The notes under the pieces are model-generated. The model was not told the DNA's origin. It was given only the letters and a program-made list of their open reading frames with translations, and did not search any database. The position numbers and the translations under genes were made by a program. From contig DIRN01000023.1 of the NCBI GenBank assembly GCA_002426645.1, positions 4,947 to 68,946 on the forward strand: 64,000 bases of DNA. The letters are read 5' to 3'. Positions 8,985-19,088 of this stretch are shown piece by piece; position 1 is the first letter of the stretch; the number at the start of each line of letters is the position of its first letter. The DNA is from Firmicutes bacterium UBA5435. Lineage in GTDB: Bacteria > Bacillota > UBA5435.

Positions 8985-11900
8985 AAAAAGGTCATCACCT
9001 ATCCATTAATGCATAATTCCATAGATGATATTATAAAAGTACTCTCCGCTGCTATACTCCGTGGAGAGGGCGAAGATATTATGCTCCTAGTCCCTACAGG
9101 TCAACTTTTTCATGAAGTACGTAGGAGACTCCTTGAGAATGATGAGATAAAGGGATATGGTGACGTGCGTTTACTCTCATTTGATGGCCTTATAACTTCG
9201 TTTCTTGAGGCTGGGGGCGTAGAGCGAAGGTTATTAGGTGTTCTAGGACGTGAACTGCTCATATCACGCATAGTACAGGACCTCTTTAAAGAGAGAAGAT
9301 TAGTCTACTTTAACCCATTAGTAGAGTTTAAGGGATTTCGTATCTCTATGATCAAGGCCATCAGCGAGCTAAAGAGATCTTCTATAAGTCCAGAGGAGTT
9401 CTTAAAGGCCATACAAGGGAGTTCAGGCGTAACATTTAAGAAATACATGGACTTATACCTTATCTACCAGCGTTATCAGGAAGAGTTAAAGAGATTAAGC
9501 CTCGTAGATCATGAGGAATGTTATCATCTAGCAAGGGAATTCATAGATAAAGATTCAAGTCTCCTTAAAGTTATAGATAAGGTTATTATGGCAGAATTTT
9601 ACGACTTTACCCCCTCACAATTTGAGATTTTGGCAGCTATAAGTGACTCTATCCCTGAGATAGAGATATACCTGCCTTTTGAAGAAAATAGAGAGGCAGT
9701 TTATGCACATACCGCCTCTACCCTAAAATCTCTTAAAAAGATAGGTTTTGAAATAGTTTCATGGGAAGGTGAGGATATAGGGGTTGAGAGATCTAAGTCT
9801 CTCAAACATCTTCAAGAAAATATATTTCATCTTGAGCCCCCTACCTACTCAAATGGTGATGATCTATGGATTATGTGCGCTCCTGATATGGAAAGAGAGA
9901 TAAGGGAGTGCGGACGTAAGATAAAGAAACTGATAATTTCTGGTAAATACGAACCTTCTGACATATTATTAGTAGTAAGGGATCTCCCAAGTTATATAAG
10001 GATAATATCTGAGCAATTTCAATACCTTGGTATCCCTTGTAACCTAGACTATGAAGAACCCCTTTCAGAGCACCCTCTAACCAGAGCCCTTATAAAGCTG
10101 GTAGAGATAAAGATAGAAGGTTGGTCGCGTCAGTCTGTCCTCAAAGTAGTAAAGACAGGATATATAAAAAAGGGCTTAAAATTAGACGGAGACCTTTTAG
10201 AGCTTTTAGCAGCGCCTTATATTATAGACTCTAAAACTTCGTGGGAAGAACTCTTACAAATAGAGAAATCCAAGGGACAAGAGGATGATTTGAGTACAGG
10301 ATTAGAGGAATTGAAGGAGGGCTTTAACCGTCTCGAATTACTCGTGGAGAAGTTTCCACACACTGCTAGTCCCTGGGATTATACTATAGCCATGAGAGAG
10401 GTCATCAAAGAACTACAGTTGTATCAGATTGTATTAAACCCTCAAACATACTCTGATATCTGTGAACCAGAATTTATTACATTAGAATTCAAGCGAGAAC
10501 TTTCAGCCCTAAAGGGTTTAGAAGAGTCTCTTGATCTTCTAGATACTGCATTCCAAGATGTTAACTATAATGATCAAGCTTTAACTATAGAAGACTTTTT
10601 AAGCTATTGGAAGGATGCTTTGGGAGAACTATCGATAACTTTAAATCGTGGGAACTCATCAGGAGTAAGGGTTCTTGGAGTCTCAAGTGCTAGAGGCCTA
10701 TCTTTTCCTGTTGCGTTTATATGTGGCTTGGTAGATGGTATCTTCCCATGCCGCGAAGGTACAGACTGGTTATATACTGGAGAAGATAGGGCGTTTTTAA
10801 AGAGCGAAGGACTTCACCTAGCTGGAGGTTATATTTCTTCATCTATAGAAAGGTTCCTTTTCGCTATGGCAGTTACAAGAGGAAGAAATGAACTGCACCT
10901 ATCTTATCCTCTAATAGGGCCAAGCCAAGAAGAGGAATTACCATCACCTTTCTTATCTGAAGTTTTATCTCTTTTTCAACGAGACGCTATACCTATTCAA
11001 AAGATAGAAATTTCAACGTGGCTTCCAGAATCTTATAGAGATGCAGCTGCTCCCTTTGAACTTTCTCAGATGCTAATTATGAACATGAGAGATATGGAAG
11101 TCGGAGAGATAGGGCTCAGTGAAGAATCAATAAGCCCTTTTATACCAAAGGAGCGATGGATGGAGATCCTTTTAAAGATAAAGGCAGAGAGGGAGCGCTA
11201 TGGTCGGGAATTTGGTTCGTTTGATGGATATATAAAGGGGGACAAGGTCAGTCAGGGGATAGAAGAACGTTTTGGGGGGACTTTTCGCTTTAGCGCTGGT
11301 CAGTTCCGAGATTATTCTCTATGCCCCTTCGCTTTCTTCCTTGGGCGTGTTCTTAATCTAGCTCCATGGGAAGAAGCCATCCAAGAAGAAGAGGTAGATT
11401 CACTGAGCAAAGGGGACATTTACCATAGGGTTTTGGCCATTTTCCTCTCTAAACATTCAGGAACTTCTTTAGAACGGGAGAAGAGCCCGGTTTATCTCAG
11501 AGAACTAAAAGAGATCCTAGATGAAGTCTGTAAGGAATGCGGAGTCTCCCATGGGGTTATACATCCAAAGCTATGGACTATTGAAAAAGAAGCTATCTTA
11601 AAAGACCTTACACGATGGCTCCTTTCTGAATTGGACGATCTTTATGGCTCTAACTTAAAATGGACACCATCTTTCCTTGAATGGAGTTTTGGTATGCCAA
11701 GTGAAAGCAAAGGCTCTACTAACAAACCCCTTAGGTTGAGTAGAGAAGGTGAGGAACTCTTCATTAGAGGAAAAGTTGATAGGATAGATTCCCATAATGA
11801 TGGCAGATATTCTATATATGATTATAAGACGTATAAGGGTGTGAGCTTTAACGATATGCTTGAAGGCATAGATCTTCAGATCCCCATATATTTAAAGGCT

Positions 11901-12254
11901 GTTCAACTTCTTCTCTGTAAACCTGGAGAAAAGGTAATAGGTGGAGGGTATTATTCGCTGAAGCAGGCTGGTAGGTTACATGGGGTATGGCGAGAGTCAG
12001 TCGCTCCTGACCTTATATTTCGTAAATCTAAACGATCAGGGAACTTAAATGATGAAGAGTGGGATGAGTTCTTCGATGGAGTAGAAGAGAAACTCTTTGA
12101 TATGAGAAGCAGGATACTCCAAGGGGATTTTTCCCTTACACCGCCAAAGGAATGTGCAAGTTATTGTAAGTTTATTCATATATGTAGATATGATAGGACC
12201 CGTATTGCTAGGAAACTTCAAGAGGAGGAGAACCATGAAATCTCGAGGTTTTAA
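8982..12254 (+). CDS. addB: ATP-dependent helicase/nuclease subunit B (AddB/RexB)
   Basis: Degenerate UvrD fold. C-terminal GKVDRID..DYKT..LQIPIY nuclease. Fe-S staple cysteines (CPF ... CASYCKFIHIC). Confidence 0.85.
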   Translation: MKKVITYPLMHNSIDDIIKVLSAAILRGEGEDIMLLVPTGQLFHEVRRRLLENDEIKGYGDVRLLSFDGLITSFLEAGGVERRLLGVLGRELLISRIVQDLFKERRLVYFNPLVEFKGFRISMIKAISELKRSSISPEEFLKAIQGSSGVTFKKYMDLYLIYQRYQEELKRLSLVDHEECYHLAREFIDKDSSLLKVIDKVIMAEFYDFTPSQFEILAAISDSIPEIEIYLPFEENREAVYAHTASTLKSLKKIGFEIVSWEGEDIGVERSKSLKHLQENIFHLEPPTYSNGDDLWIMCAPDMEREIRECGRKIKKLIISGKYEPSDILLVVRDLPSYIRIISEQFQYLGIPCNLDYEEPLSEHPLTRALIKLVEIKIEGWSRQSVLKVVKTGYIKKGLKLDGDLLELLAAPYIIDSKTSWEELLQIEKSKGQEDDLSTGLEELKEGFNRLELLVEKFPHTASPWDYTIAMREVIKELQLYQIVLNPQTYSDICEPEFITLEFKRELSALKGLEESLDLLDTAFQDVNYNDQALTIEDFLSYWKDALGELSITLNRGNSSGVRVLGVSSARGLSFPVAFICGLVDGIFPCREGTDWLYTGEDRAFLKSEGLHLAGGYISSSIERFLFAMAVTRGRNELHLSYPLIGPSQEEELPSPFLSEVLSLFQRDAIPIQKIEISTWLPESYRDAAAPFELSQMLIMNMRDMEVGEIGLSEESISPFIPKERWMEILLKIKAERERYGREFGSFDGYIKGDKVSQGIEERFGGTFRFSAGQFRDYSLCPFAFFLGRVLNLAPWEEAIQEEEVDSLSKGDIYHRVLAIFLSKHSGTSLEREKSPVYLRELKEILDEVCKECGVSHGVIHPKLWTIEKEAILKDLTRWLLSELDDLYGSNLKWTPSFLEWSFGMPSESKGSTNKPLRLSREGEELFIRGKVDRIDSHNDGRYSIYDYKTYKGVSFNDMLEGIDLQIPIYLKAVQLLLCKPGEKVIGGGYYSLKQAGRLHGVWRESVAPDLIFRKSKRSGNLNDEEWDEFFDGVEEKLFDMRSRILQGDFSLTPPKECASYCKFIHICRYDRTRIARKLQEEENHEISRF

Positions 12255-15200
12255 ACCCACACATGAACAGCAAATAGCTATGGAGACCTTTGACAAAAAC
12301 CTCCTGGTTTCAGCTGGTGCAGGCTCAGGAAAGACTCGTGTCCTAGTGGAGCGATTTATAAGTCTTGTTAAAGATGGGCGTGCTTCTTTCCATGAGGTAC
12401 TTGCAATAACCTTTACAAGAAAGGCTGCAAGAGAAATGAAGGAAAGGATACGCTCTGCTCTTACAGACATGATAAATTTTGCAACATCTTCCCATGAGAA
12501 GATAAAATTCAAGAGATTAAGGGAAGAAGTTGAAGATGCACAGCTCTCTACTATTCATAGCTTTTGCTCACGTATATTACGAGAAAATCCAGTTGAAGCT
12601 GGGTTCGATCCTGATTTTAAACTTATGGATGAGGCAGACTCACACCTAATTCTTAGAGAAGAATTATTAAGCGCAGTTATGTCTCTATTAGACAGTGAAG
12701 ATAAGGGTCCATATATGGAAAAGCTCCTGAGCGAATATGGTGTTGAGAGCCTTTTAAAGAATGTCCTCAGATTATATACTGTATTAAGGTCAAAAGGTGA
12801 GACAATCGAAACTATAGAGTTTAAGACATTAGAGTCTATAAATGATTTAGAGAGAAAGCTCTCTTCGCTAAGGGACGAACTAATAGAAGTTGTTGAAGAG
12901 ATAATAAGTATAAATGCCAGTCAATCTCTCTCTGTAAAGACAAAGGAATCTATAGAGCTTTTGCAGGATTCATGGCGAGATATAAAAGAAGCTATATTAA
13001 AGCTAGGGGTTGAAGGAGGCTTAAGTAATCAACTGGAGGAAACAGTAGCTTCTCTAGGGGGCTTTATAAGTGGAAACTGTGCTAAGGCTGTAAAACCTCT
13101 GGTAGTTGAGATGAAAGGACTTTTAAATGAAGTTTTATCCCTCGCGTTTGATATCAGTTCCCTTCCATTTCTGTATGGACTTCTTGAACTTTTATTGAAG
13201 CTGGATGCCAGGTATGAGCGTTATAAGAAGAGGCATGGTCTACTTGACTATTCAGACCTTGAAATACATGCCTTACGCATCCTCAATTCTTTTCCTTCTG
13301 TTGCCTCTAAATATAGGCGAGATTTTAAGTTCATTATGGTAGATGAATTTCAGGATACAAACGAAGTTCAAAAAGATCTTATATATCTTCTCGCTTCTGA
13401 TGACAATGGAGAGCTACTTCCAGACAAATTATTTCTGGTTGGCGATGGTAAACAATCCATCTATCGATTTAGAGGGGCGAATGTTGAGGTCTTTTCAGAA
13501 GTACAAAAGGAACTTATAGGAGATAAAGTCTCTGGAGGGTATGTGAAACTCTCTACGAATTTTCGTTCAGCACGTCAGATCATAGACTTTGTTAATTTTA
13601 TCTTTTCTTCATTAATGTCTTCGCCTGCTGATAGCGAAGGTTCAGACGCTTTTAATATAGAATACGAACCCCTTAAGGCAGTAAGAGAATTTCATAAAGA
13701 AGTCCCATTTGTAGAGGTCCTCATCGCGGATCCAGAGAGATTTAAAGGAGATGAAAGCATAGAAAAACCTAGCTCCAGAGAGGTAGAAGCTGCCCTTATT
13801 GCTCAACGAATTTCACAGATGGTAAAGGGAAAAGAACTTTTAGTTGCTGAAAAAGGTGAAGATGGTATAGAACAGCCTCGACCTGTGCAGTATGGTGATA
13901 TTGCCATACTCTTTAGGGCCTCTACCAATATGGACATCTATGAGAAGAGTCTTCTAGATATGAATATACCTTATTATGTGTTAGGGGGAAGAGGCTTTTA
14001 TCAGCAGCAGGAGATACGGGATGTGATGAATTTCCTTAGGACCATGGCAAATAGTCACGATATGGTCTCTTTAGTTGGTGTTTTACGGTCTCCATTCTTT
14101 GGAGTTTCAGATGAGACTCTATTTTGGCTTGCTGAAAGCGGTAGTATCCCAGAGGGCCTTCATAACTTTACTGGACTACCCTATGTATCTGAAGAGGAGA
14201 AATATAAGTTAGGGGCTGCATCGCGAACCCTTAAGAAGTTTTATAGGTTAAAGGAAAGGCTATCCCTTTCAAGGTTTATAGAGATGGCTATAGAAGAAAC
14301 AGGCCTTTACCAAGTGCTCCTCTCACAGTTTGGAGGGGTTCAGAAATGTTTTAATATCAAGAAGGTGATTAATATAGCTAAGGAATTTGAGGCAAAGGAT
14401 GCTTTTATTTTGGATGAGTTCATAAGATTTGTAGATGAACAAATAGAGGTAGAGGTATCTGAGAGCGAAGCTCAAATTCAGGTGGAAGAAGGCGATGTAG
14501 TAAAGTTAATGACCATCCATAAAGCCAAAGGCCTCGAGTTCCCAGTGGTAACACTAGCTGATATGGGAAGATATCCGAATTATAATAGGCCACCATTCCT
14601 CTTTGACAAAGAAGTTGGTATCGGTTTTAAAGGTGGAGACCCAAATAGACCTATAAAGTATGGTTATACCTATAGTAAAATTATAGAGAAAGAGGATTCT
14701 AAGGAGCAAGCAGAGAGCACCCGTCTACTTTATGTTGCACTGACTAGAGCCAGGGATCACCTTATTATGGCTGGTCCACTAGGCAAGCCAAGTGATGATA
14801 TTATAAAGGGAAGGACCTGGATGGAATGGATCGCTTCTGTAGGGTCTATAAAAACTCCTCAGGAAGAGGAGGAGATAATACGCTGCGGCGATGTGGATTT
14901 AAGGGTTATTACTTCTATAAGTGGATCTGAAGGCATTATAGAGTCTACGCAGAAGATAGTTAAAAAAGATGACGAAACCCTGCATTCTTTACCACTCATC
15001 TCGCATATATCTATAAATGAGATGGAAGAGAGGAAGAGACGGATTTTTCCTGTTACTGCTCTGACTACTCTCCACCAATGTTCTCGACGTTATTACTTTG
15101 ACTATATCCTTGAATTACCTAAGGCTCGATACTCCTCGAAACCCGAGCCTGTTACAAGCCAAAGAGTCAGTTCTCTTAATCCTTTACAGGTAGGAGAAAT

Positions 15201-15825
15201 AGTGCATGCAGCGTGCGAAAGGTCGCAGAATCTAGAAGAGGCAGAGGAGTTCATTGAATCTTTTACAAAGAAACTTACAATTAATATGGATGGTATGCAC
15301 CAACTAAGAGAAGAGATTCATAGAATGTTAAAGGGATATTTCTCTAGTAAGCTCTTTGAGAAAATATCTAATGCTAAAAGGGTTTGGAGTGAGTGGCCTT
15401 TTCATCTGCGTCTCGGGGATTATACTATTAGTGGTAAGGTAGACAAGGTGATTCAAGATCCAGAAGATAGGATCTATATAGTTGACTTTAAGACTGATGC
15501 CCTGAAAGGGCGAAGAGTAGAGGATGTTGCAGAAAATTATAGATTTCAAGTATGCCTTTATTCCATAGCAATTCAAGAAATAATGGGAGTCTCTCCTCAC
15601 TCTTCTGTGGTTCATCTCCTTCGTGCTAAGAGATCTTATGTAATAAAATTCGAAGATAAAGAAATAAATACAGCTAAAGAAAGGGTCACAGAACTTCTTT
15701 CTTTACAGAAAGAGGATCTTTCTTCTCTAGACAATTTAGAAAAAGATTGTATGTTCTGTCCGCGGAAGGAACTGTGTGAATCTTATTCAACAATTTTGGA
15801 GAGTATAGCATGTGGAAATCTATAG
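12235..15825 (+). CDS. addA: ATP-dependent helicase/nuclease subunit A (AddA/RexA)
   Basis: AGAGSGKT, DEFQDT, VGDGKQSIYRFRGA, TIHKAKGLEF, YVALTRA, then GKVD..DFKT nuclease. SD GAGGAGG before ATG 12235. Confidence 0.9.
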   Translation: MKSRGFKPTHEQQIAMETFDKNLLVSAGAGSGKTRVLVERFISLVKDGRASFHEVLAITFTRKAAREMKERIRSALTDMINFATSSHEKIKFKRLREEVEDAQLSTIHSFCSRILRENPVEAGFDPDFKLMDEADSHLILREELLSAVMSLLDSEDKGPYMEKLLSEYGVESLLKNVLRLYTVLRSKGETIETIEFKTLESINDLERKLSSLRDELIEVVEEIISINASQSLSVKTKESIELLQDSWRDIKEAILKLGVEGGLSNQLEETVASLGGFISGNCAKAVKPLVVEMKGLLNEVLSLAFDISSLPFLYGLLELLLKLDARYERYKKRHGLLDYSDLEIHALRILNSFPSVASKYRRDFKFIMVDEFQDTNEVQKDLIYLLASDDNGELLPDKLFLVGDGKQSIYRFRGANVEVFSEVQKELIGDKVSGGYVKLSTNFRSARQIIDFVNFIFSSLMSSPADSEGSDAFNIEYEPLKAVREFHKEVPFVEVLIADPERFKGDESIEKPSSREVEAALIAQRISQMVKGKELLVAEKGEDGIEQPRPVQYGDIAILFRASTNMDIYEKSLLDMNIPYYVLGGRGFYQQQEIRDVMNFLRTMANSHDMVSLVGVLRSPFFGVSDETLFWLAESGSIPEGLHNFTGLPYVSEEEKYKLGAASRTLKKFYRLKERLSLSRFIEMAIEETGLYQVLLSQFGGVQKCFNIKKVINIAKEFEAKDAFILDEFIRFVDEQIEVEVSESEAQIQVEEGDVVKLMTIHKAKGLEFPVVTLADMGRYPNYNRPPFLFDKEVGIGFKGGDPNRPIKYGYTYSKIIEKEDSKEQAESTRLLYVALTRARDHLIMAGPLGKPSDDIIKGRTWMEWIASVGSIKTPQEEEEIIRCGDVDLRVITSISGSEGIIESTQKIVKKDDETLHSLPLISHISINEMEERKRRIFPVTALTTLHQCSRRYYFDYILELPKARYSSKPEPVTSQRVSSLNPLQVGEIVHAACERSQNLEEAEEFIESFTKKLTINMDGMHQLREEIHRMLKGYFSSKLFEKISNAKRVWSEWPFHLRLGDYTISGKVDKVIQDPEDRIYIVDFKTDALKGRRVEDVAENYRFQVCLYSIAIQEIMGVSPHSSVVHLLRAKRSYVIKFEDKEINTAKERVTELLSLQKEDLSSLDNLEKDCMFCPRKELCESYSTILESIACGNL

Positions 15826-15853
15826 ATGTAAAAAGAATGCAGGGATTTGAAGA

Positions 15854-15878
15854 AGGAATTTAAGGATTAAAGTAGAAT
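15854..15878 (+). promoter_or_regulatory. Sigma-H-like promoter
   Basis: AGGAATT...GTAGAAT, i.e. AGGA-17-GAAT. Confidence 0.55.
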
Positions 15879-15928
15879 AAATAATAATAAATGAACCTAG
15901 ATCCCGCAAAGGAATGGGAGGTCCAAAA

Positions 15929-16969
15929 GTGTATAAAAAAAGAGGGATATTGATAGGCCTTATTATTCTATTGTTTTCATTTGCTTGCATCACTCAGGAG
16001 GTGTATGCAGCTGTAACACCTTCCTTTGGAGCAAGGAACCTGAAAACGGGGATGAGAGGAGGAGATGTTCAGGATCTACAAAAAGCCTTAAACTATCTAG
16101 GATATCCAACTGAAACGGATGGTATATTTGGTCCGAGCACCAAGTATGCTCTTATGCAATTCCAGAAGTCCGTTAGTTTACAAGCTGATGGCATTGGAGG
16201 AGCAGCCACGTTTCGTGCCCTCAATGATATTCTAGAAGGTTGCTGGTATGAAGTAAAGCCAGGAGATAACCTTTCTAGCTTGGCAAAGACATATAGAACT
16301 AGTGTTCAAGGTATTATGGCTACGAATGGTTTGACACGTACTACAATTAAAGCTGGGGAGAAACTTCTCTTAACTATTGGTTCTGAATTCAATAGGGCCT
16401 ATATTGTTCAAAGAGGGGATAACCTCTCTGTGCTAGCTAAAAGGTTCGGCGTATCCCTTGAAAAACTCCTTGATGTAAATTCTATTGAGGACCCAGAATA
16501 CTTATGCATAGGACAGCAGCTTCTAATACCTCAATCGTTGCCATCTAGATATAACTTAGGTTCTCAAGATGAATCTCTTGTGATTATTTGGCCTGTCACA
16601 TCACGACGCATTACCTCAGGCTATGGATGGAGACCTCATCCTATAGGTGGTAATAGACAGTTTCATGGCGGGATAGATATAGGAGTTTCAACGGGAACCT
16701 CTGTTTATGCTGCTGCAGCGGGTCGCGTTAAGAGCGTTGGAAGAGGATGGCAAAATGGTTATGGAAATAACATAGTCTTGGATCATGGACGAGGCATAAC
16801 TACATGGTATGGCCATCTTTCTGAGATCTTGGTTAAGGAAGGGCAATGGGTCACTCAGGGACAACAGATAGCGAAATCCGGGAATACAGGCATGAGTACA
16901 GGACCTCATCTGGATTTCAGAATAAAGATTGGAGATGACACCATAGATCCACTCAAGTGGTTGCCTTGA
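15929..16969 (+). CDS. Secreted peptidoglycan-binding + 2x LysM + M23 endopeptidase
   Basis: Signal peptide, DGIFGPST PG-binding repeat, two LysM domains, HGGID and HLDF zinc motifs. SD GGAGGT before GTG 15929. Confidence 0.88.
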   Translation: MYKKRGILIGLIILLFSFACITQEVYAAVTPSFGARNLKTGMRGGDVQDLQKALNYLGYPTETDGIFGPSTKYALMQFQKSVSLQADGIGGAATFRALNDILEGCWYEVKPGDNLSSLAKTYRTSVQGIMATNGLTRTTIKAGEKLLLTIGSEFNRAYIVQRGDNLSVLAKRFGVSLEKLLDVNSIEDPEYLCIGQQLLIPQSLPSRYNLGSQDESLVIIWPVTSRRITSGYGWRPHPIGGNRQFHGGIDIGVSTGTSVYAAAAGRVKSVGRGWQNGYGNNIVLDHGRGITTWYGHLSEILVKEGQWVTQGQQIAKSGNTGMSTGPHLDFRIKIGDDTIDPLKWLP

Positions 16970-17028
16970 AATTAGTTCCCTAAAAGGGAATAAAAATAAA
17001 ATTTATGTATTAAGAGAGAGGGGGAGCC

Positions 17029-17544
17029 ATGGGATTCTTTAAGACTCTCGAATTATTATTCTCTGGAGATGTAGAAAAGGCCAAAAAAATTTCAGAAGAA
17101 GGTGAGTCCGCCCTATTATTAGCTGAAGAAGCCGCTATGGTAGAGACTTTAACAGGAGGTCTCAAATGGGAGCTCAGAGATAGTCTTTTGCCTGAAGAAA
17201 AGGTCTCTGTAATAGTAAAAGGATGCAATGGTGAGGCTATAGTAATAACAGATAAACGAGTTATGATTTTAAAAGCAGGATATGCCTCTGGGAGCTGGGC
17301 TGGCCGTAAGTGTACAGCCTTTGGACTTGATGAGATAACAACAGTAGGTTTCCACTGTGGTTTCGATAAAGGATTGGTTCAAGTTGTAGGCGAAGCAGTC
17401 CCAGATGACAATGACTCCCTTGATACTATGACACGGGCGAGTAATGTTATTAACTTTCCAGCTGATAAAGCTATAAAATTTAGGCGCATCGTGGAGATGC
17501 TTCATAAGAGAACAGAAGAGAATAAAAAAAGGCAAGACACATAA
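17029..17544 (+). CDS. Bacterial PH-domain-like protein
   Basis: L.PEEKV...AIVITDKRVMIL pattern; good SD. Confidence 0.55.
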   Translation: MGFFKTLELLFSGDVEKAKKISEEGESALLLAEEAAMVETLTGGLKWELRDSLLPEEKVSVIVKGCNGEAIVITDKRVMILKAGYASGSWAGRKCTAFGLDEITTVGFHCGFDKGLVQVVGEAVPDDNDSLDTMTRASNVINFPADKAIKFRRIVEMLHKRTEENKKRQDT

Positions 17545-17867
17545 GATGTTTTCATAATATACGCGAAGGGAATGCCACTAACCTTTAACCGTTCAGACAG
17601 ATACTTTCATTGAAAGTTCTATAAGAACTCGGCATTAGCATCCCCTTCGCTAAATAGTGTCTCCAGTTTTACTATGAATATTCTCTGGAATCTATCTTTG
17701 GTCTTTTCCTGATTAATTTTTGTATTTGGGAAGGAGTTTTACCTTTTTTGTGTAATATACTTAGTATCGTGATCTTCTAGAGTAAATTTCATCCCCTATT
17801 TACGGGTTCCACATGTATAGGGATAAATGGTATTCTAATGTTACTACAGTAAAGGAGCGAGAAAATT

Positions 17868-18029
17868 ATGGGACAAAACGCCAATGTTGAAAGCAGAAAA
17901 AAAAGCAGTAGCAAGAAGAAAGGGATCGATTGGTATTGGATATTCACAATTATCCTCTTTGTGTTCTGCGGATTGGCTCTCGGAGGGATCGTCTTTGGTC
18001 TCTATTATATTCTTGAAGTGAAGAAGTAA
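17868..18029 (+). CDS. 53-aa single-pass membrane protein (below the ORF-track length cut-off)
   Basis: SD AAAGGAG. Sequence MGQNANVESRKKSSSKKKGIDWYWIFTIILFVFCGLALGGIVFGLYYILEVKK. Ends 11 nt before the hflK ORF. Confidence 0.65.
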   Translation: MGQNANVESRKKSSSKKKGIDWYWIFTIILFVFCGLALGGIVFGLYYILEVKK

Positions 18030-18040
18030 GAAGATAGGAG

Positions 18041-18964
18041 TTGCTTAAAATGAAGAAGCTTACTCTTCTTCTCGTGTTGCTTCTGCTCTTGTATATGTCA
18101 ACAGGGTTCTTTGTAGTTAAACCCTATGAAGTTGGTGTAATCAAAAGATTTGGGAAGTTTGTTAAGGAGGTACCGCCGGGTCTTAATTATCACCTTCCTG
18201 CTCCTATTGAGACGGTGATAATTCCAGATGTGACGAAGGTCAGACGGGTAGAGCTGGGCTTTGAGACCTTAGGTAATTCTTCTAAAATTAGGTTGATTCC
18301 CAATGAGTCTCTTATGCTTACTGGAGATGAGAACCTAGTTGACGTACAACTCATAGTACAATATCGTGTGAAGTCTCCACGCGACTTTTTATTTAATGTA
18401 CGAGACCCGGATGCTGTGGTGAAACAAGCCTTAGAGTCTGCTACACGTCATGTGGTTGGGACTAGGGAAATCGATCGTGTCCTGACTTATGGAAGGGATG
18501 ATGTGGAGAGGGAGACGGCTCTATTGGTCCAAAAAATCCTAGATTCTTATAAGTCGGGGATACATGTCATTACCGTCCAATTACAGGATGTATATCCTCC
18601 TGCACAAGTGGTGGCTTCTTTTAATGATGTGGCTGCAGCCAGGGAAGATAAGGAGAAGTTTATAAATGAGGCAGAAGGCTATCAGAATGATATTCTCCCA
18701 AAGGCTAGAGGTGAAGCGGAGAAAATACTTAAAGAGGCAGAGGCTTACAGGGCGTCGCGAGTAGCAAGAGCAGAGGGAGATGTAGCTAGGTTCTTAGCTA
18801 TATATGAAGAATATAAAGATTCAAAAGATGTAACTAGAACTCGTCTCTACCTAGAGATGATGGAGACCGTTTTAGCTGATAAAAAGCTTATTATAGCAGA
18901 TAGCTCTGATGGCTTATTGAAGTTTCTCCCACTAAACGATTATATAAGTCTTCAAGCGAAGTGA
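18041..18964 (+). CDS. hflK: FtsH protease modulator HflK
   Basis: SPFH domain, MLTGDEN, LPKARGEA, TRTRLYLE. Confidence 0.92.
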   Translation: MLKMKKLTLLLVLLLLLYMSTGFFVVKPYEVGVIKRFGKFVKEVPPGLNYHLPAPIETVIIPDVTKVRRVELGFETLGNSSKIRLIPNESLMLTGDENLVDVQLIVQYRVKSPRDFLFNVRDPDAVVKQALESATRHVVGTREIDRVLTYGRDDVERETALLVQKILDSYKSGIHVITVQLQDVYPPAQVVASFNDVAAAREDKEKFINEAEGYQNDILPKARGEAEKILKEAEAYRASRVARAEGDVARFLAIYEEYKDSKDVTRTRLYLEMMETVLADKKLIIADSSDGLLKFLPLNDYISLQAK

Positions 18965-19088
18965 GGACTTTCATTAAATATTTTTAGGGCTCCACATCTA
19001 AGGAAGGCGGTGGGAAGTTATGGATTTTACGAGAGCCATCTGGAGGTCGCTGAATTCCTTAATAGGGTGGCTGGAGGAACCAGGTAAC

